DNA of 60,664 nucleotides, taken from assembly GCF_001194135.2 (NCBI RefSeq), contig NC_068987.1, positions 23,978,409-24,039,072 of the forward strand. Reading direction: 5' to 3'. The DNA comes from Octopus bimaculoides (taxonomy: Eukaryota). The position numbers and the translations under genes are program-made. Every line of letters begins with the position of its first letter. The stretch's first letter is position 1. Under the pieces are notes generated by a model, which did not search any database, was not told the DNA's origin, and saw nothing but the letters and a program-made list of their open reading frames with translations. Below are positions 1 through 11,930 of this stretch, one piece after another.

Positions 1-118
1 GACGAGGGAGAGGATTTAACAGAGGTTGCCGAAGAAACCTCAGAACAAGTGCAAGCACCACGCAACGAGGATCTGTACGGATAATTCTAAAAAATTTTCC
101 GCCATAGTGGCGATTTGA

Positions 119-373
119 TCAACGGTGTTGTGCTCGAAAGCCGTGACCAAAATCATTTAATTCGCGCAGACGGCGCAAAAGCTGTGACGGGGTTCTGTCT
201 CCCAACTCCTCGTCTGGCATTAGTTCTTTGAAGTGACTCTCTGCAGATCTGGTGTTACGGCGCAGAATCTCCGCCTTAACAGACGCATAAGTGGCGTCTG
301 GTCTGGGATCTGTAATTAGATCCCTAGCAGAGGTGGCGAGTGGTGCGGGCATGCCACAATACAAGAGATGCAA
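119..373 (-). mobile_element. Ty3/gypsy gag fragment (CsRN1-like lineage), degenerate
   Basis: Translation contains YASVKAEILRR...EELGDRTPSQLLRRLREL, matching the LGDRxPSQLL gag motif of this retrotransposon group. Confidence 0.7.
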
Positions 374-394
374 CTGTTGTACACACCACCAAGC

Positions 395-603
395 AAACGA
401 TGATGGTGATGATGATGTATATAATTATGATAGATTGTTACCCATTCAATGTCTAGGTAGACTTCGTCACCCACTCACTCACACTCTCTTTCTTTCTCTC
501 CCCACACAAAAATGAAACACATTCCGGCACCAAAATAAGACTTTCCCTTTGCAACTTTTTGCGCCGAAATCTATTTCATTTTTGTGTGAGGACAGAGAGA
601 GAG

Positions 604-635
<32 letters not shown>

Positions 636-788
636 AGTGAGAGAGAGAGAGAGGATTGTGTGTGTGAGTGAGAGAAAGAGAGAGAAATATAAAGAGAAAG
701 TGAGTGAGTGGGTGACGAAGTTTACCTAGAATGGGTAACAATCTATCATAATTATATATATCAAACATCATCATCACCATCATCGTTT
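395..788. repeat. Imperfect inverted repeat (arms about 395-517 and 574-788) with a (GA)n/(GT)n expansion in the right arm
   Basis: aaacgatgatggtgatgatgatg...tatataattatgatagattgttacccatt...cttcgtcacccactcactcac...cacacaaaaatgaaa reappears reverse-complemented. The ORF track shows the same peptide (YNYDRLLPI...LRHPLTH) on both strands. Confidence 0.85.
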
Positions 789-850
789 AAGGTTTGCTTT
801 CCATTCTGGCATGGGTTAGACGGTTTGACTGAGGACTGGCAAGCCAGGAA
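770..850 (-). mobile_element. (GAT)n-tailed retroposon 3' end (SINE or LINE tail family)
   Basis: catcatcgtttaa...ctttccat...gcatgggtt.gacggtttgactgaggactgg also occurs at 27440, 58824 and 60333. Confidence 0.7.
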
Positions 851-1829
851 AATCTATTCGAGATTATTATATATATTTTATATCCAGTGGTTTTAAGAGG
901 TAGGTAAANNNNNNNNNNNNNNNNNNNNNNNNNNNNNNNNNNNNNNNNNNNNNNNNNNNNNNNNNNNNNNNNNNNNNNNNNNNNNNNNNNNNNNNNNNNN
1001 NNNNNNNNNNNNNNNNNNNNNNNNNNNNNNNNNNNNNNNNNNNNNNNNNNNNNNNNNNNNNNNNNNNNNNNNNNNNNNNNNNNNNNNNNNNNNNNNNNNN
1101 NNNNNNNNNNNNNNNNNNNNNNNNNNNNNNNNNNNNNNNNNNNNNNNNNNNNNNNNNNNNNNNNNNNNNNNNNNNNNNNNNNNNNNNNNNNNNNNNNNNN
1201 NNNNNNNNNNNNNNNNNNNNNNNNNNNNNNNNNNNNNNNNNNNNNNNNNNNNNNNNNNNNNNNNNNNNNNNNNNNNNNNNNNNNNNNNNNNNNNNNNNNN
1301 NNNNNNNNNNNNNNNNNNNNNNNNNNNNNNNNNNNNNNNNNNNNNNNNNNNNNNNNNNNNNNNNNNNNNNNNNNNNNNNNNNNNNNNNNNNNNNNNNNNN
1401 NNNCAAAAAAAAAAAAAAAAAAAAAAAATTCCAATGATTCCGCTTTTTTTCTGAACAAAAATAAGGAGTTTACAGCATATTAAGAAGTCAAGGTACTTGA
1501 TTCCACGCAATAAATCCGAGTTGTTTTTGTTTTTTTTATTATTGATGAAAACCGTGCGGGTGAAAGAATCAAATAATACCGAAATTTTAGAGTAGGACAC
1601 TGTATTTTATCGAAGCCGGAAGTATGAAAAGAAAAAATGTTTCATCAGAGTCCGAAAAATTGCAAAAGCCAGTAATATATTCCTAGTTTTGCATGTATCT
1701 AGGAAACCAATAAACGGACTTCTGCTGGATAATTATGAAACCTACGTGTCTAATATGAAAGAGAATAAAGGGTATTAAATGATGAGCTGATAGAATCGTT
1801 AAAACATCGGTTAAAATACTTTACGATAT

Positions 1830-1980
1830 CTTTTCCGGCTCTTTACGTTCTGGGTTCCCCGCCGAAATCAACTTCTTACTCTCCAGATCGATAAAATAAA
1901 ATGCCAGTCAAGTACTGAAGTCGATGGTGTGTATTAAAGCCCCTTTCCATATGCGTTGCTGATCTTGTGCCAAAATTAAA
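1830..1980 (+). mobile_element. tRNA-derived SINE, degenerate copy
   Basis: ctctttacgttctgggttc...gataaaataa...cagtcaagtactg...cttgtgccaaaatt is the reverse complement of the family found at 15.1 kb and 28.8-30.3 kb. Confidence 0.55.
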
Positions 1981-2759
1981 AACAATTAGTCTGATATTAA
2001 TAGTTGATTCAAGTCGATCGTGAAAATGCAATACCAGTCACCGAAATAAATGTTTAATACACCGGCCCATATTTTCATATGTAAAGAATGTATTACGTAC
2101 TTTTATTAGCTTTATGTATTTAATAACAATAGATAAAGAAAATATTTTACGAAAGTAAGGCTGATACATTGGCTTTATATTGAGATATATATCAGGTGGT
2201 AAGTTCCTCACAACCACTTCAGGCTTAGTGTCTGCAGCTTTATGTATTTATTTGTCAATTTGAACTAACTAGGGTGGAAAAACATAAGTAAAACTGTAAG
2301 TTGACCTTTTGTCAGTTGCTAATAAGTTGAGGGTTTTCAGTATTAATCGTCTGCCCCATGTCCTGTGATATTCTAAGCCTCGTCGTAAGAAAGCAACACA
2401 CTGAATACAAAGGTGTAATCGTAAACATTTGCCTGAAAAGGGCACGGTTTAGGGGGCAAACATGTAAAAAAAGAAACCGAATTTTGAGGACAAAAGATTC
2501 TTTTGCAGAAAGAAACAGCCACAACTTTTTTGTCCTTTTCTTTCTCCATGAAATAATGATAGCTAATAGAAAGTCCACCGATCAGTGATTACACCCGTCT
2601 CGTGAGACAGGTGTAATAGTAAAATTTTATCAAAACAAATTCAAAATATCAACCACAAACACCACTTAAGTTATGGTCTGGTAGTTTGTTGTTTACCGTC
2701 TCTGGAAAAGTCACCGATTATCTGTCACGTTGTATTCCAGCTGTTTACTTGAAGTGTCA

Positions 2760-2990
2760 GTTATAATGATCACACATTTTTTTTTACTTATTTGGAGGTC
2801 GATAAACTTAGGGATAAAAAAACTCTTCGAAAGGTTTTGGCAGGATGTAAAGGAGTGGCTTAAGAGGCTACATTTTCGTTTTTTTTTAAAATTATTTTTT
2901 TGCAAAGTATTTGTTCATTTCTTCCATTGCAGCTAAGAAAACTATTTCACCACTTCTTGGTTCTGGCAACCAACATATACCATCCTCTCT
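2760..2990 (+). mobile_element. Possible L1/Tx1 ORF2 C-terminal remnant
   Basis: FWQDVKEWL followed, in a shifted frame, by SIAAKKTIS; resembles LINE ORF2 tails. Weak match. Confidence 0.3.
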
Positions 2991-4903
2991 GAGACTGCTA
3001 CTGACCCATTCATTACAGATTAAAATTTAGATTCCGAGTCGGAGAATGAGGAAGAGCCTTAGCCTATCTTTGTTTTCGGTGTTGTGGGAGTGGTTTACAT
3101 AACGAGTAATTTCTGACGGTTTTGAGTGTCATATACGTTCAAAACACATCAGAAAACCAGAGGAAAAACAAAAATTTACTGAAACAAGGACCAACAAAAT
3201 ACTGGGATCTATTTAATCGATTATTCCCCTCCTTCCCAAAATTGTGACCTCCTTCTTTAATGCAGAACTTAGTGGTTTACTAACATGCACAATAGTCCGA
3301 TAACAAAATACCTTACTGTCCTTTTTTTTTTATCTACATTGTTAAAATGTTTGTCTATGCGAGAAATCAGTTTCAGTAAATATTAAACCCTATTAAAATT
3401 CAGTGAAACTACTTGTCCCTATATTGTCTTTTGTCTCTTTGGATAATTCTTAAAAAGTATTAATCGCATTAATAATCTTCGCATTAATTTCAGGTTTTAT
3501 TAAAAACGCCTACTTACTGTTCATCAAATTATTTAGCAAAATTAATCAGTGCTATCAGCTTTCTAGAGTTTGTCTCACTGCAATATATGAAATATCCGTT
3601 ACTGTTCTCCAATGCCTTCTGGCCATCATGTTCTCTTGGCAGATTTCTCCGTCAAGAGAACATTTGTTGTTTAGTGCCTCTTTGTCGTTTCATTGGCTTA
3701 TTGGCTTCTCAACATCACCATCTCGGTACCTCTTACATTGTTGTTTCGCACTCCAGTGCCACTTGGGAGGGTGTTACTGCTCAAATTCAGAACCAGTGAG
3801 AGCCTCTACGTGGTTTCCCGACCTGCTAGAAATGGCAGCTAAATTTCCTTTAATACCTTAAAAATAGGACATATATATAGTTAACCCTATTGTTGATTAC
3901 ATTACGTTTGAACAGATAATTGTATGGCTACAAATGAAATACTTTCAACCACAGATCCGCTAAACGACTACAATAACTTTGGCTAGGCAAACCAACTTGG
4001 ACGACACAGTTTTCACGTTAAATGGGAGACAAGTGTTCATACTCGTTGATCACTTTCAGCATTAACATAGATACAAGTATTATAATCACTTCTGTCATAT
4101 GTGTGCAAACAAGTCTTTTAAATATAGAAAAACTGTGCTACTAATAATTCTGGGCCGACTAAATTTTGTGAGTAAATTTAGTCGGCGGAAACAAAAGACC
4201 ATCGCGCGCGCGCGTGTGTGTGTTCATGTCTTGACATGTTTCTGATCTGTGAAAACGTGTCCATTTATAGGGAAATATCTTGCCGGGAAACCGATAAGAG
4301 TTGTCGGCAAGAAGGATATCTAGCAGTAGAAAATTACCTCAGTGAAATTCATCTCAGCCATACAAGCATCGAAAAATGGACGTTAAAGCGATTATGATGA
4401 TGGTATACATATAACACATATATCTCATCATTTTCATATCCACTTTTCTGTGCTTGCTTTGGTCAAATAGAATTCATTGAGGCAGATTTTCCACAGCTGA
4501 TGCCTTTCCTATCAACAACTACATCATGGCATGCTGCAGGATATGTAGCTGGATTGATCGTGCATCAAATATTGTGAAACTCTTCATGCCTAAAACATCA
4601 ATCTAATAAAAGAAAACTAGCTGCAAGTACTCAGACAATAAAAATCAAAAGTTATAATTAATTCATTTTGCTGCTTATCTGAATATAATTTTGTGATTGG
4701 AATAACTCAGTTTTGTTATTATTAGTTTGTGGAGGAAGAGCGGTTCCATGGAACAGATGAAGTTAAAAATCAACTCTCATTCTATTCTATAACATAACTG
4801 CTGTTGATGTTTATGTGTTTAGACAATTTCTTTTTTTTATTCCACTTTTTCATTTAAAGTATCTGGTCCAGTCTTTTTGTTATAACATTTTATTGTTCTT
4901 TAA

Positions 4904-5112
4904 CCCTTTTGATATCAACCTACCTGTGACTGCCTCTGGTTCTATGATACAAGGAAGTGATCTAAATTAAAACCTTCCTTCAAAAATTCTATGTTAATTT
5001 ATGTCCCAAACTCCAGTTTAATAATGACAAAGTTATATCACAAAATTCTTCATTATTTTCAAAATTAATTGAAACAAAGACAGTGTATTTCAGCAATATG
5101 GTAGCAAAAGGG
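4904..5112. mobile_element. piggyBac-type MITE (209 bp)
   Basis: TTAA at 4900-4903 and 5113-5116 flank termini CCCTTTTGATATC...GGTAGCAAAAGGG (CCC-starting imperfect TIRs with TTAA TSD). Confidence 0.75.
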
Positions 5113-5154
5113 TTAACTCCTATTGTCTTTAATTTAATTTTAATCTTATACCAT

Positions 5155-5172
5155 CTTCTATTTCAGGGTATC
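5155..5172 (+). other. Conserved splice-acceptor-like site of the zinc-finger terminal exon (AG at 5165-5166)
   Basis: cttctatttcag|ggtatc; similar to tctctttatttcag|ggtatc at 56601-56620 and to the minus-strand copy at 14286-14313. Confidence 0.55.
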
Positions 5173-5637
5173 ACATGGTGAAATTGACACAAGAATACCT
5201 CACCAATAGTTCATTTATAACTTTATCAGATTGTGTATTCTAGAGAATGACTTTATTGAGGATCAAGAACATGTGATGCTGATTTTCTCTAACCTTTATT
5301 GAATTACTTAGAAAATATTTGTATCAGTGGTTGCAAAGATTTCTTATATTGATTTCATTGATATCTTTGTTGAAGGAAAAACAAACCATAAACTGAAATT
5401 TCCACTCTGATGCATAATGTTGTAAAAATGTTGAATTCTAGTTGAAGATCATTTCATTAAGAGAAAGGTTTCCAAAATTATTGTTTGTTTGTTTTTTTTT
5501 GTTTTTTTTTATGAATAAGTGTTTTACAAATTTTCTCATTTATCACCATCTAAAAACTATAGTCTGTTGTTAATGATTTGTAAGGATTTCTGAAATGTTT
5601 CTTTTCTATTAGTATAGTCTAGTTTTAAATCAAATCC

Positions 5638-6771
5638 ATGGAAGGTAAGGGCGAAACACAGTCTGAAACTAGTGATTTAACTCATCATACTGAAGTAAAT
5701 AAAAAGAAGAAATCATATCCTTGTGACATTTGCGGAAAGACATTCTCACAAAGTAGTAATGTAATTCAGCATAAATTAATTCACTCTGGTTCAAAACCTT
5801 ATGCTTGTGGTGTTTGTGGTAAGAGGTTCACTGCAAATAGTTCTCTTTCTTGTCATAAGCGGATCCACACAGGAGAAAGACCTTACAACTGTAATGTCTG
5901 TGGTAAAGCATTTACAATCAAAAGCAATTTGACAAGTCATGAGCGCATACATACTGGAGAGAAGCCATTTCATTGTGAAGTATGTGGCAAAACATTAGCT
6001 CGCAGTACAGAGTTAGCTCATCATATACGGACACACACAGGGGAAAAACCATATCAGTGTGATGTTTGTGACAAGGCATTCTCTAAAAAGGATTCTTTGG
6101 TACGTCACCAACGTATTCATACTGGAGAGAAACCATACAGCTGTGATATTTGTGGAAGAACATTCTCTCTAAAGGGTTCTTTGTCCACTCACCAGCGAAC
6201 TCATGAAGATAAGTTATCATATCAATGTAGTATATGTGGTAAAATATTATACCGGAAACATGATTTAGTGAGGCATAATTGTGCTCGCACTCTACAGAGA
6301 CGATTTATATGCAATGTTTGTGGTGAAGAGTTTCTTCAGAAATGTCATTTATTTAACCACAAACAAACTCATGCAGGAGAAAAACCATACCACTGTGACA
6401 TTTGTGATAAACCATTCTCACAGAGAAATCAACTGCTTGTCCACAAACGTACACACACAGGAGAGAAACCTTATAACTGTGATATCTGTGGTTATATGTT
6501 CTCTCAGAAAGGTCATTTGTCTCGTCACAGACGTATTCACACTGGTGATAAACTATACCTCTGTGATATCTGTGGTAAAAGTTTCTCTCGATGTAATAAT
6601 TTGTCATCTCATGTGCGTACACATACGGGTGAGAAACCATTTGAATGTGATGTCTGCGGTGAAGCTTTCACTGTAAATAGTCAATTATCTACTCACAAAG
6701 GTATTCACAGAAGAAGCAATACATATTTCACAGTGAATATTGTCAGTAAGACTTTTAAACCTGACAATTAA
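5638..6771 (+). CDS. C2H2 zinc-finger protein, 377 aa, 12 finger positions (11 canonical; finger 7 lacks the second His)
   Basis: Repeating CxxC-x12-HxxxH units with TGE[K/R]P linkers in one uninterrupted ORF. No KRAB, SCAN or BTB domain in this exon. Confidence 0.92.
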   Translation: MEGKGETQSETSDLTHHTEVNKKKKSYPCDICGKTFSQSSNVIQHKLIHSGSKPYACGVCGKRFTANSSLSCHKRIHTGERPYNCNVCGKAFTIKSNLTSHERIHTGEKPFHCEVCGKTLARSTELAHHIRTHTGEKPYQCDVCDKAFSKKDSLVRHQRIHTGEKPYSCDICGRTFSLKGSLSTHQRTHEDKLSYQCSICGKILYRKHDLVRHNCARTLQRRFICNVCGEEFLQKCHLFNHKQTHAGEKPYHCDICDKPFSQRNQLLVHKRTHTGEKPYNCDICGYMFSQKGHLSRHRRIHTGDKLYLCDICGKSFSRCNNLSSHVRTHTGEKPFECDVCGEAFTVNSQLSTHKGIHRRSNTYFTVNIVSKTFKPDN

Positions 6772-6814
6772 GTTTACCACAAATGGGCTTCTCTCATTAC
6801 CATCATTGTTTTAA

Positions 6815-6915
6815 TGTTTATTTGTCCATGCCTGCATAGGTCAGGTGAAGGTTTGTTAGGACAGAGTTTTCTACAATCAGATGCCCTTCCTGATGCCAAC
6901 ACCACCTATTTCGTG
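6815..6915 (-). mobile_element. Fragment of the (GAT)n-tailed repeat family in the 3' flank of the first zinc-finger gene
   Basis: gacagagttttctac...gatgcccttcctgatgccaac matches the family core seen at 27560-27600 and 58925-58960. Confidence 0.55.
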
Positions 6916-7129
6916 TATTGGACAAACAACTTGAACATGGTTGTACAGAAAACTGGAAACAAATGAGACTTTTTTGATGAGCCTTTTGTTTACAAAGATT
7001 ATGCAACATGTCAGGAAGCCTGGACATATTTTTGTGATGAGCTACAAGCAAATGACACCATTTACATGAACAGGGAGGCCATTGTTTCCAACCAACAAAC
7101 ACACTTGAAGGGGAAATACAAACTCACAC

Positions 7130-7335
7130 AAGCACATATACAGGAAGACGCATTATACAACAGGTTTCTTTTAGTTTCCATCTACCAAATCCACCTGCAA
7201 GGCTTTTATTGGCCTTGGGCTATAGTAGAAGACACTCGCTCAAGGTACCACACAGTCATGCTTGTGCCTGAATGTGTGATGGATTTCTTTCAGCTTCCAT
7301 CTACCAAATCCATTCACAAGGCTCTAGCCAATCGT
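7130..7335 (-). mobile_element. Second tRNA-derived SINE family, one copy plus a partial duplicate
   Basis: tttc..t.agtttccatctaccaaatccac...aaggct...ggccttgggctatagtagaagacact.gc.caagg; same family at 58570-58682 and 15885-16010. Confidence 0.6.
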
Positions 7336-7989
7336 CGGGCTAAAGGAAAAAGTTTGTAGCATAAGTCTGTAAGACTAGTTCACATCATTCAGTACATATG
7401 GTTGTATATATGGACAATGCTGTATAAAACGTTTGCTTGTGAGAAAACCTTCAACTGTAACACCAAACAATAAATCGATGCTAGAAAGTATCAATTTTAG
7501 TGTTTTTTCTAAAAGTTGATCTGAAAAAATTCTTTTTGAAAGTGCTATGACCAAAATGAGATAACATTTTTGTAGTATTGACAATCCCTCATAAATTAAT
7601 AGCCTCCATCATTATCAAGATGAAAACAAAGCAAATGTTTAATAACAATTTTTTCCTGGTGCAGTTTTTGTAAAATGTAAATTTCATTAAAAATATGTTT
7701 CATAATTATTATTATTATTATTATTATTATTATCATTTTAATGTTTGTTTCTGTCTTAGTAAAGTTTGGATGGGCTAATAATACAATATCTGACCATGTT
7801 GTCATCTCATCTGTGATGCTTTGTGCGACACTTTACTAATTCTTTCTTCTGAGGTCTTTTGATCTACTTTGTGCTACCACTTTATGTAATTCTTCTATTC
7901 AATATGCATCATCCCATAATTATGGGTATTACATTGGATACTCTTGCTAATGTAACCATATCTCCTCCATGTATCTGCTAATATCTTTC

Positions 7990-8420
7990 AGAATCTACCT
8001 GTGTGCAGCCTTTTCTTATGAGTTATCAATAAGAAACTCTCCTGGCAAAAGCATATCCTTAACATTGCGAGGATATCTTCTCCCAAATCAATCCTTCTCT
8101 TCAAGGCCAGAAAATATTTCAATCTCCAACAGCTGATGACTCTCTACAAGGTTCAAGTGAGCTCCACAGTGAAATACTGTGCCTAAATCTGGGATGGTAC
8201 TGCTGCTACATACTGATCTTTTGGACCACATCTAGAGAAGTGCCACACTAAATAGACACACTCCAGCCTCTGGCTCACAAGTGTACTGTCTCTCCTCTCT
8301 GTCTTTGCTATCACTATTATAATAATCTCTGTTCCTTGGAGTTGGCTGGTATCATACCTTCACTACTCAGGTATCCTCAACCCATCTCGTCACCATTGTT
8401 GCATCCAATACCCCCACCCC
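7990..8420 (+). mobile_element. CR1/Jockey-group LINE ORF2 C-terminal remnant
   Basis: Manual translation: SWQKHILNIAR...FKARKYFNLQQLMTLYKVQVSSTVKYCA*IWDG...QPLAHKCTVSPLCLCYHYYNNLCSLELAGIIP, with stops and frameshifts. Confidence 0.7.
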
Positions 8421-9139
8421 NNNNNNNNNNNNNNNNNNNNNNNNNNNNNNNNNNNNNNNNNNNNNNNNNNNNNNNNNNNNNNNNNNNNNNNNNNNNNNNN
8501 NNNNNNNNNNNNNNNNNNNNNNNNNNNNNNNNNNNNNNNNNNNNNNNNNNNNNNNNNNNNNNNNNNNNNNNNNNNNNNNNNNNNNNCTCATTATCTTTCC
8601 TGCAGTTGTTCACTCGACACAATTTAAACAATACTAATGGCATCAATCTCCTTGGTCTCAGAAGCCTTCCACGAATCATGGGCTCTGCCTCTTCATCCAG
8701 ACTGAGCAGGTAAAACAAAAATGAACATTACACAATAAACAGACCATAATCAATTTCTCTTTTACTGGTGCAGACACTTCTACAAAATATTTCATATTGT
8801 CCTTAGTTTTACATAAGACGAGAAAACTTTTGTGCCCATTATTAGTGCTGGACTCCTACAAATATTTTCCACCCACATATTTATAGTTCCATCTATCATA
8901 CAAATAACTTAGTAAAACTTAACTTTTTCTGACATTGATTTCTGAAAACTGAGCAGGTCACACATTTCAGTGAAAGGATGCAGCTTATGCTGACTGTTAC
9001 TCCGCTGCATGACAAACAGTTGAAGTCCATTATCCTGCTTGCTTACTAAAACTTACCACCTTTTTATAGACTAGTACATTGTATTGACTCTTCTTGAATA
9101 CTGCAAAATGTCATTTACATGGCCATTATATTAGTGTTT

Positions 9140-9365
9140 CGCTTCTACTACTGGTCTGTTGTAGATCACTATTACTTGTCTATTGTAAGTCACTACTGCT
9201 TGACCATTGTAGGTTACTATTGGTGTATTATAGATCATTGTTACTGGACCATTGCAGGTCAATACTACTGGACTATTTTAAATCACTAATACTGAACTGT
9301 TGTAGGTAGTTGCTGTTCAACCATTGTAAACCTCTGCAATTATACTATTGTAAGCCACTGCTATT
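9140..9365. repeat. Degenerate 24-bp minisatellite (about 9 units, consensus near actactggaccattgtaggtcact)
   Basis: Periodic LLLDHCRS-like peptide in ORF 9094..9309 and a recurring accattgtag/actattgtaa motif. Confidence 0.7.
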
Positions 9366-10884
9366 TCTTTATATTCCGTGAGGGTATTTTGGTGAGCCTA
9401 TGAACTTTTCAGTCAACCCTTGCACAATAATTTTAGTGAACATTTTCATAAGTGGGATGCCTGTGAGATCCTCTTGGTATAGTAAATTGACTTTGACCAG
9501 CAAAATCTTTATATCTGGTAGATTCCCAACTCTACTGAGAATAAAACAACTGACCATGTATGAACACATTTGTTGTATTGTAAAGAAAGGAACTTATTTC
9601 AATTAAACAGAGAAAAACATATTTAGTCATAAGGTTTTCTTAATAGAAATTTAAAGAACAGAGGTTTATCCTTTTCTTTGTTTCCAAATAAACTTCTTTG
9701 AAAAGAATACATGCATGCACACAGAGATGAGGAGCATATTTGGTGAGAGAGAGATAAAAACAGAATATTGTTGTTTGCTTGACTTTGAGAAAATACATGT
9801 TAAGGATTCATTACATTCATGCTCAATTATAAAATGAATTTTAAAATGGCTGCAAGAAAATAATCATTCATTTACTTTTGTAATGATTGAATGGAGGAAA
9901 TGGATAGTGACTGTTAGTCATCAAAGTTATTTGTGTATTGAGTGAGAGATCAAGTGAAACAATGGTAGATAGGGAGATATAGAGCATTTCTTATTGCAAA
10001 GTAAAAATAAATATTTGTAAGTTTTCTTAACAAAAATTTGAAGACAGGAGAGTCATAATTTTCATTCTATTTTGTAATAAACTTGCTTCTTTGATGAAAT
10101 TATCTATTTTCAGATATCTCTAATGACAATTGAGAAATGTGAATGTGTGGTTGGCTTTTTTTTAGTTGTTGGTCAACAGTATTGCAGAGACAATAAGTTG
10201 ACTATCTCTGCTGTGGCTGGGCTGTTTCCAGAAACAAATGTCTAGCCCCAATTACACTTACCACCTCTTCACTCATGGATACACCATGAGTCAGTATCTT
10301 CCCAGCATCCATAGAACAACAGGGATGCTAGATATTGGTTAAGCATAACCTTACATATCTGCCTTAAGGTCACGTCCTTCAGATTCTCTCCCTTAGCAGG
10401 GGCCTATTATTATGGTGGGCATAGGTTGTGCTGAACCAGTCTCATTCTCTCATCCTTCAAACTTATATTAGCCTGGGGCAATGAGTACCATGAACCCAGT
10501 AAGCAAGATTTAAATGGAATTACCTCTTCTTAGATGAGTGAAAGAGTCTAATCTGCCTTAGGTTAGTTAGGTGTCTGTGAGTGACCTAGAGGCAATTTTA
10601 TGACATGCTGATTAACCCTTGACTGAGACCCTGTGTGTATGTGCATGTATGTATATATATATATATATATACACACATAGTTATATTTTTCTTATGGAAT
10701 ATATAGATTACTTAGAAGTGCTCAAGTCAAACCTGAGACATTAGGTATAAAAAAGAAAAAAATCAGATTAGGCAAACCTCTTTCAACACGTGTATAGATT
10801 TGATTAAGATAAAATTTGTCCAAATTAAAACATATTTTAATATATGAAACACAGAAAAATATAGGAATATCAAATTCAAATTCG

Positions 10885-11045
10885 ATGACAGCACCGCATG
10901 ACTGGCATCCGTGCCAGTGGAGCGCTAAGAGCACCATCTGAGCATGCTCGTTGCCAGGGCTGCTGACTGGCCCCATTCAAGCATGATTGTTACCAGTGTC
11001 GCCTTACTGGCACTTATGCTGGTGGTACGTGAAAAACAACATTCA
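10885..11045 (+). mobile_element. Internal subrepeat region of the (GAT)n-tailed family, opposite orientation to 58990-59157
   Basis: Reverse complement contains acctcacttgaatg...taccaccagcataagtgccagtaaggcgacact, matching 59100-59157. Confidence 0.6.
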
Positions 11046-11084
11046 AGTGAGGTAAATATTTTATGGAGATTCTGCTACTTTAAT

Positions 11085-11930
11085 CTGTAGATTCATCTTA
11101 CCTAAGGCTTCCCTAAAATGATATGTTAGTTTACCTCCGAGTGTAGCATCAAAGAACATGATACTCTGGTATTTTTGGTTGCCATACAATGAGTTGGCCT
11201 TTCTATTTTCCTCTTAGTTCTTTCAATACTATTCTTGTATAGTGGACTGATCATATGTGTCATTCTCTATATTCAGAGAACTACATGCAGTGGACAAGTT
11301 TTGTATGTCTCTTTAATTTCATTGCGTCACACATGTGAGACACATTTCTCATCAACCTTATCAAGTCTGCTATAAGATATTGAACTTGATATAATCCACA
11401 ATTGCAGTGTTTTTGTGGACCAAGTATTTGGAGGCTATAGGTTTAGCATAGTGTGAAGGATCTGGAGCCTATCATATCTAGTTTCCAGCCAGAGTTCAGT
11501 GTCTAAATTAGGTAGTTTCTAGTTGGGGTGCTTACAAGTGTAATCTACTGTTACCTTAATACTTTGGTGGATGGAGTTAGCTATTTGCTGGATGCTTTCC
11601 ATGGTGCTAGCTTCTTATTAGAGGTGCTTTTGGTACCATACTGATATTGTCAACATAGTGGGAATACATGGTTAGGGTTATGGAGCTCTCAGCTACGTAG
11701 TGAGGCTTCTATTGCACCATACCATAAAGAATTTAGCTACATTGCCAGTGACCCTGACACCAAAGGCTACACCCTCTTCTTGGGTGTATATCTTGTTAGT
11801 GAACTTGAACATGTGGCCCTTTAGTCTAACTTTGGTACTCACATCTACTCTGTGTGAAACCACTTTTCTCACTGAGCATAGTTTTTGTGGGGTCCATATG
11901 GTTCTGGTCCACCTGTTCTATCTTTTTTTT
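11085..11930 (-). mobile_element. Penelope-like element (PLE) reverse transcriptase remnant, heavily decayed
   Basis: Across frameshifts: GHMFKFTNKIYTQEEGVAFGVRVTGNVAKFFMVW...MYSHYVDNI...IQQIANSIHQSIKVTVDY...LPNLDTELW...HYAKPIASKYLVHK...ADLIRLMRNVS...SIMFFDATLGG. Matches the PLE FxF.gK.Y.Q..G.a.G and Y.RYVDD motifs in order. Confidence 0.72.

Noticed and set aside
787-1600. Long ORFs made mostly of X, here and at 8.4, 17.2, 18.2, 27.7, 48.2 and 49.2 kb
   Set aside because: Artefacts of N-gaps (909-1403, 8421-8586, 17155-17362, 18196-18704, 27679-28274, 42635-42774, 48184-48322, 49220-50000).
5791-6676. Overlapping alternative-frame and antisense ORFs within the zinc-finger CDS (also 57407-58018)
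   Set aside because: Expected by-products of the periodic finger codons; they have no independent motifs.
7420-7465. gtgagaaaaccttcaactgtaac, resembling GEKPFNC
   Set aside because: Too short and out of register to call another finger remnant.
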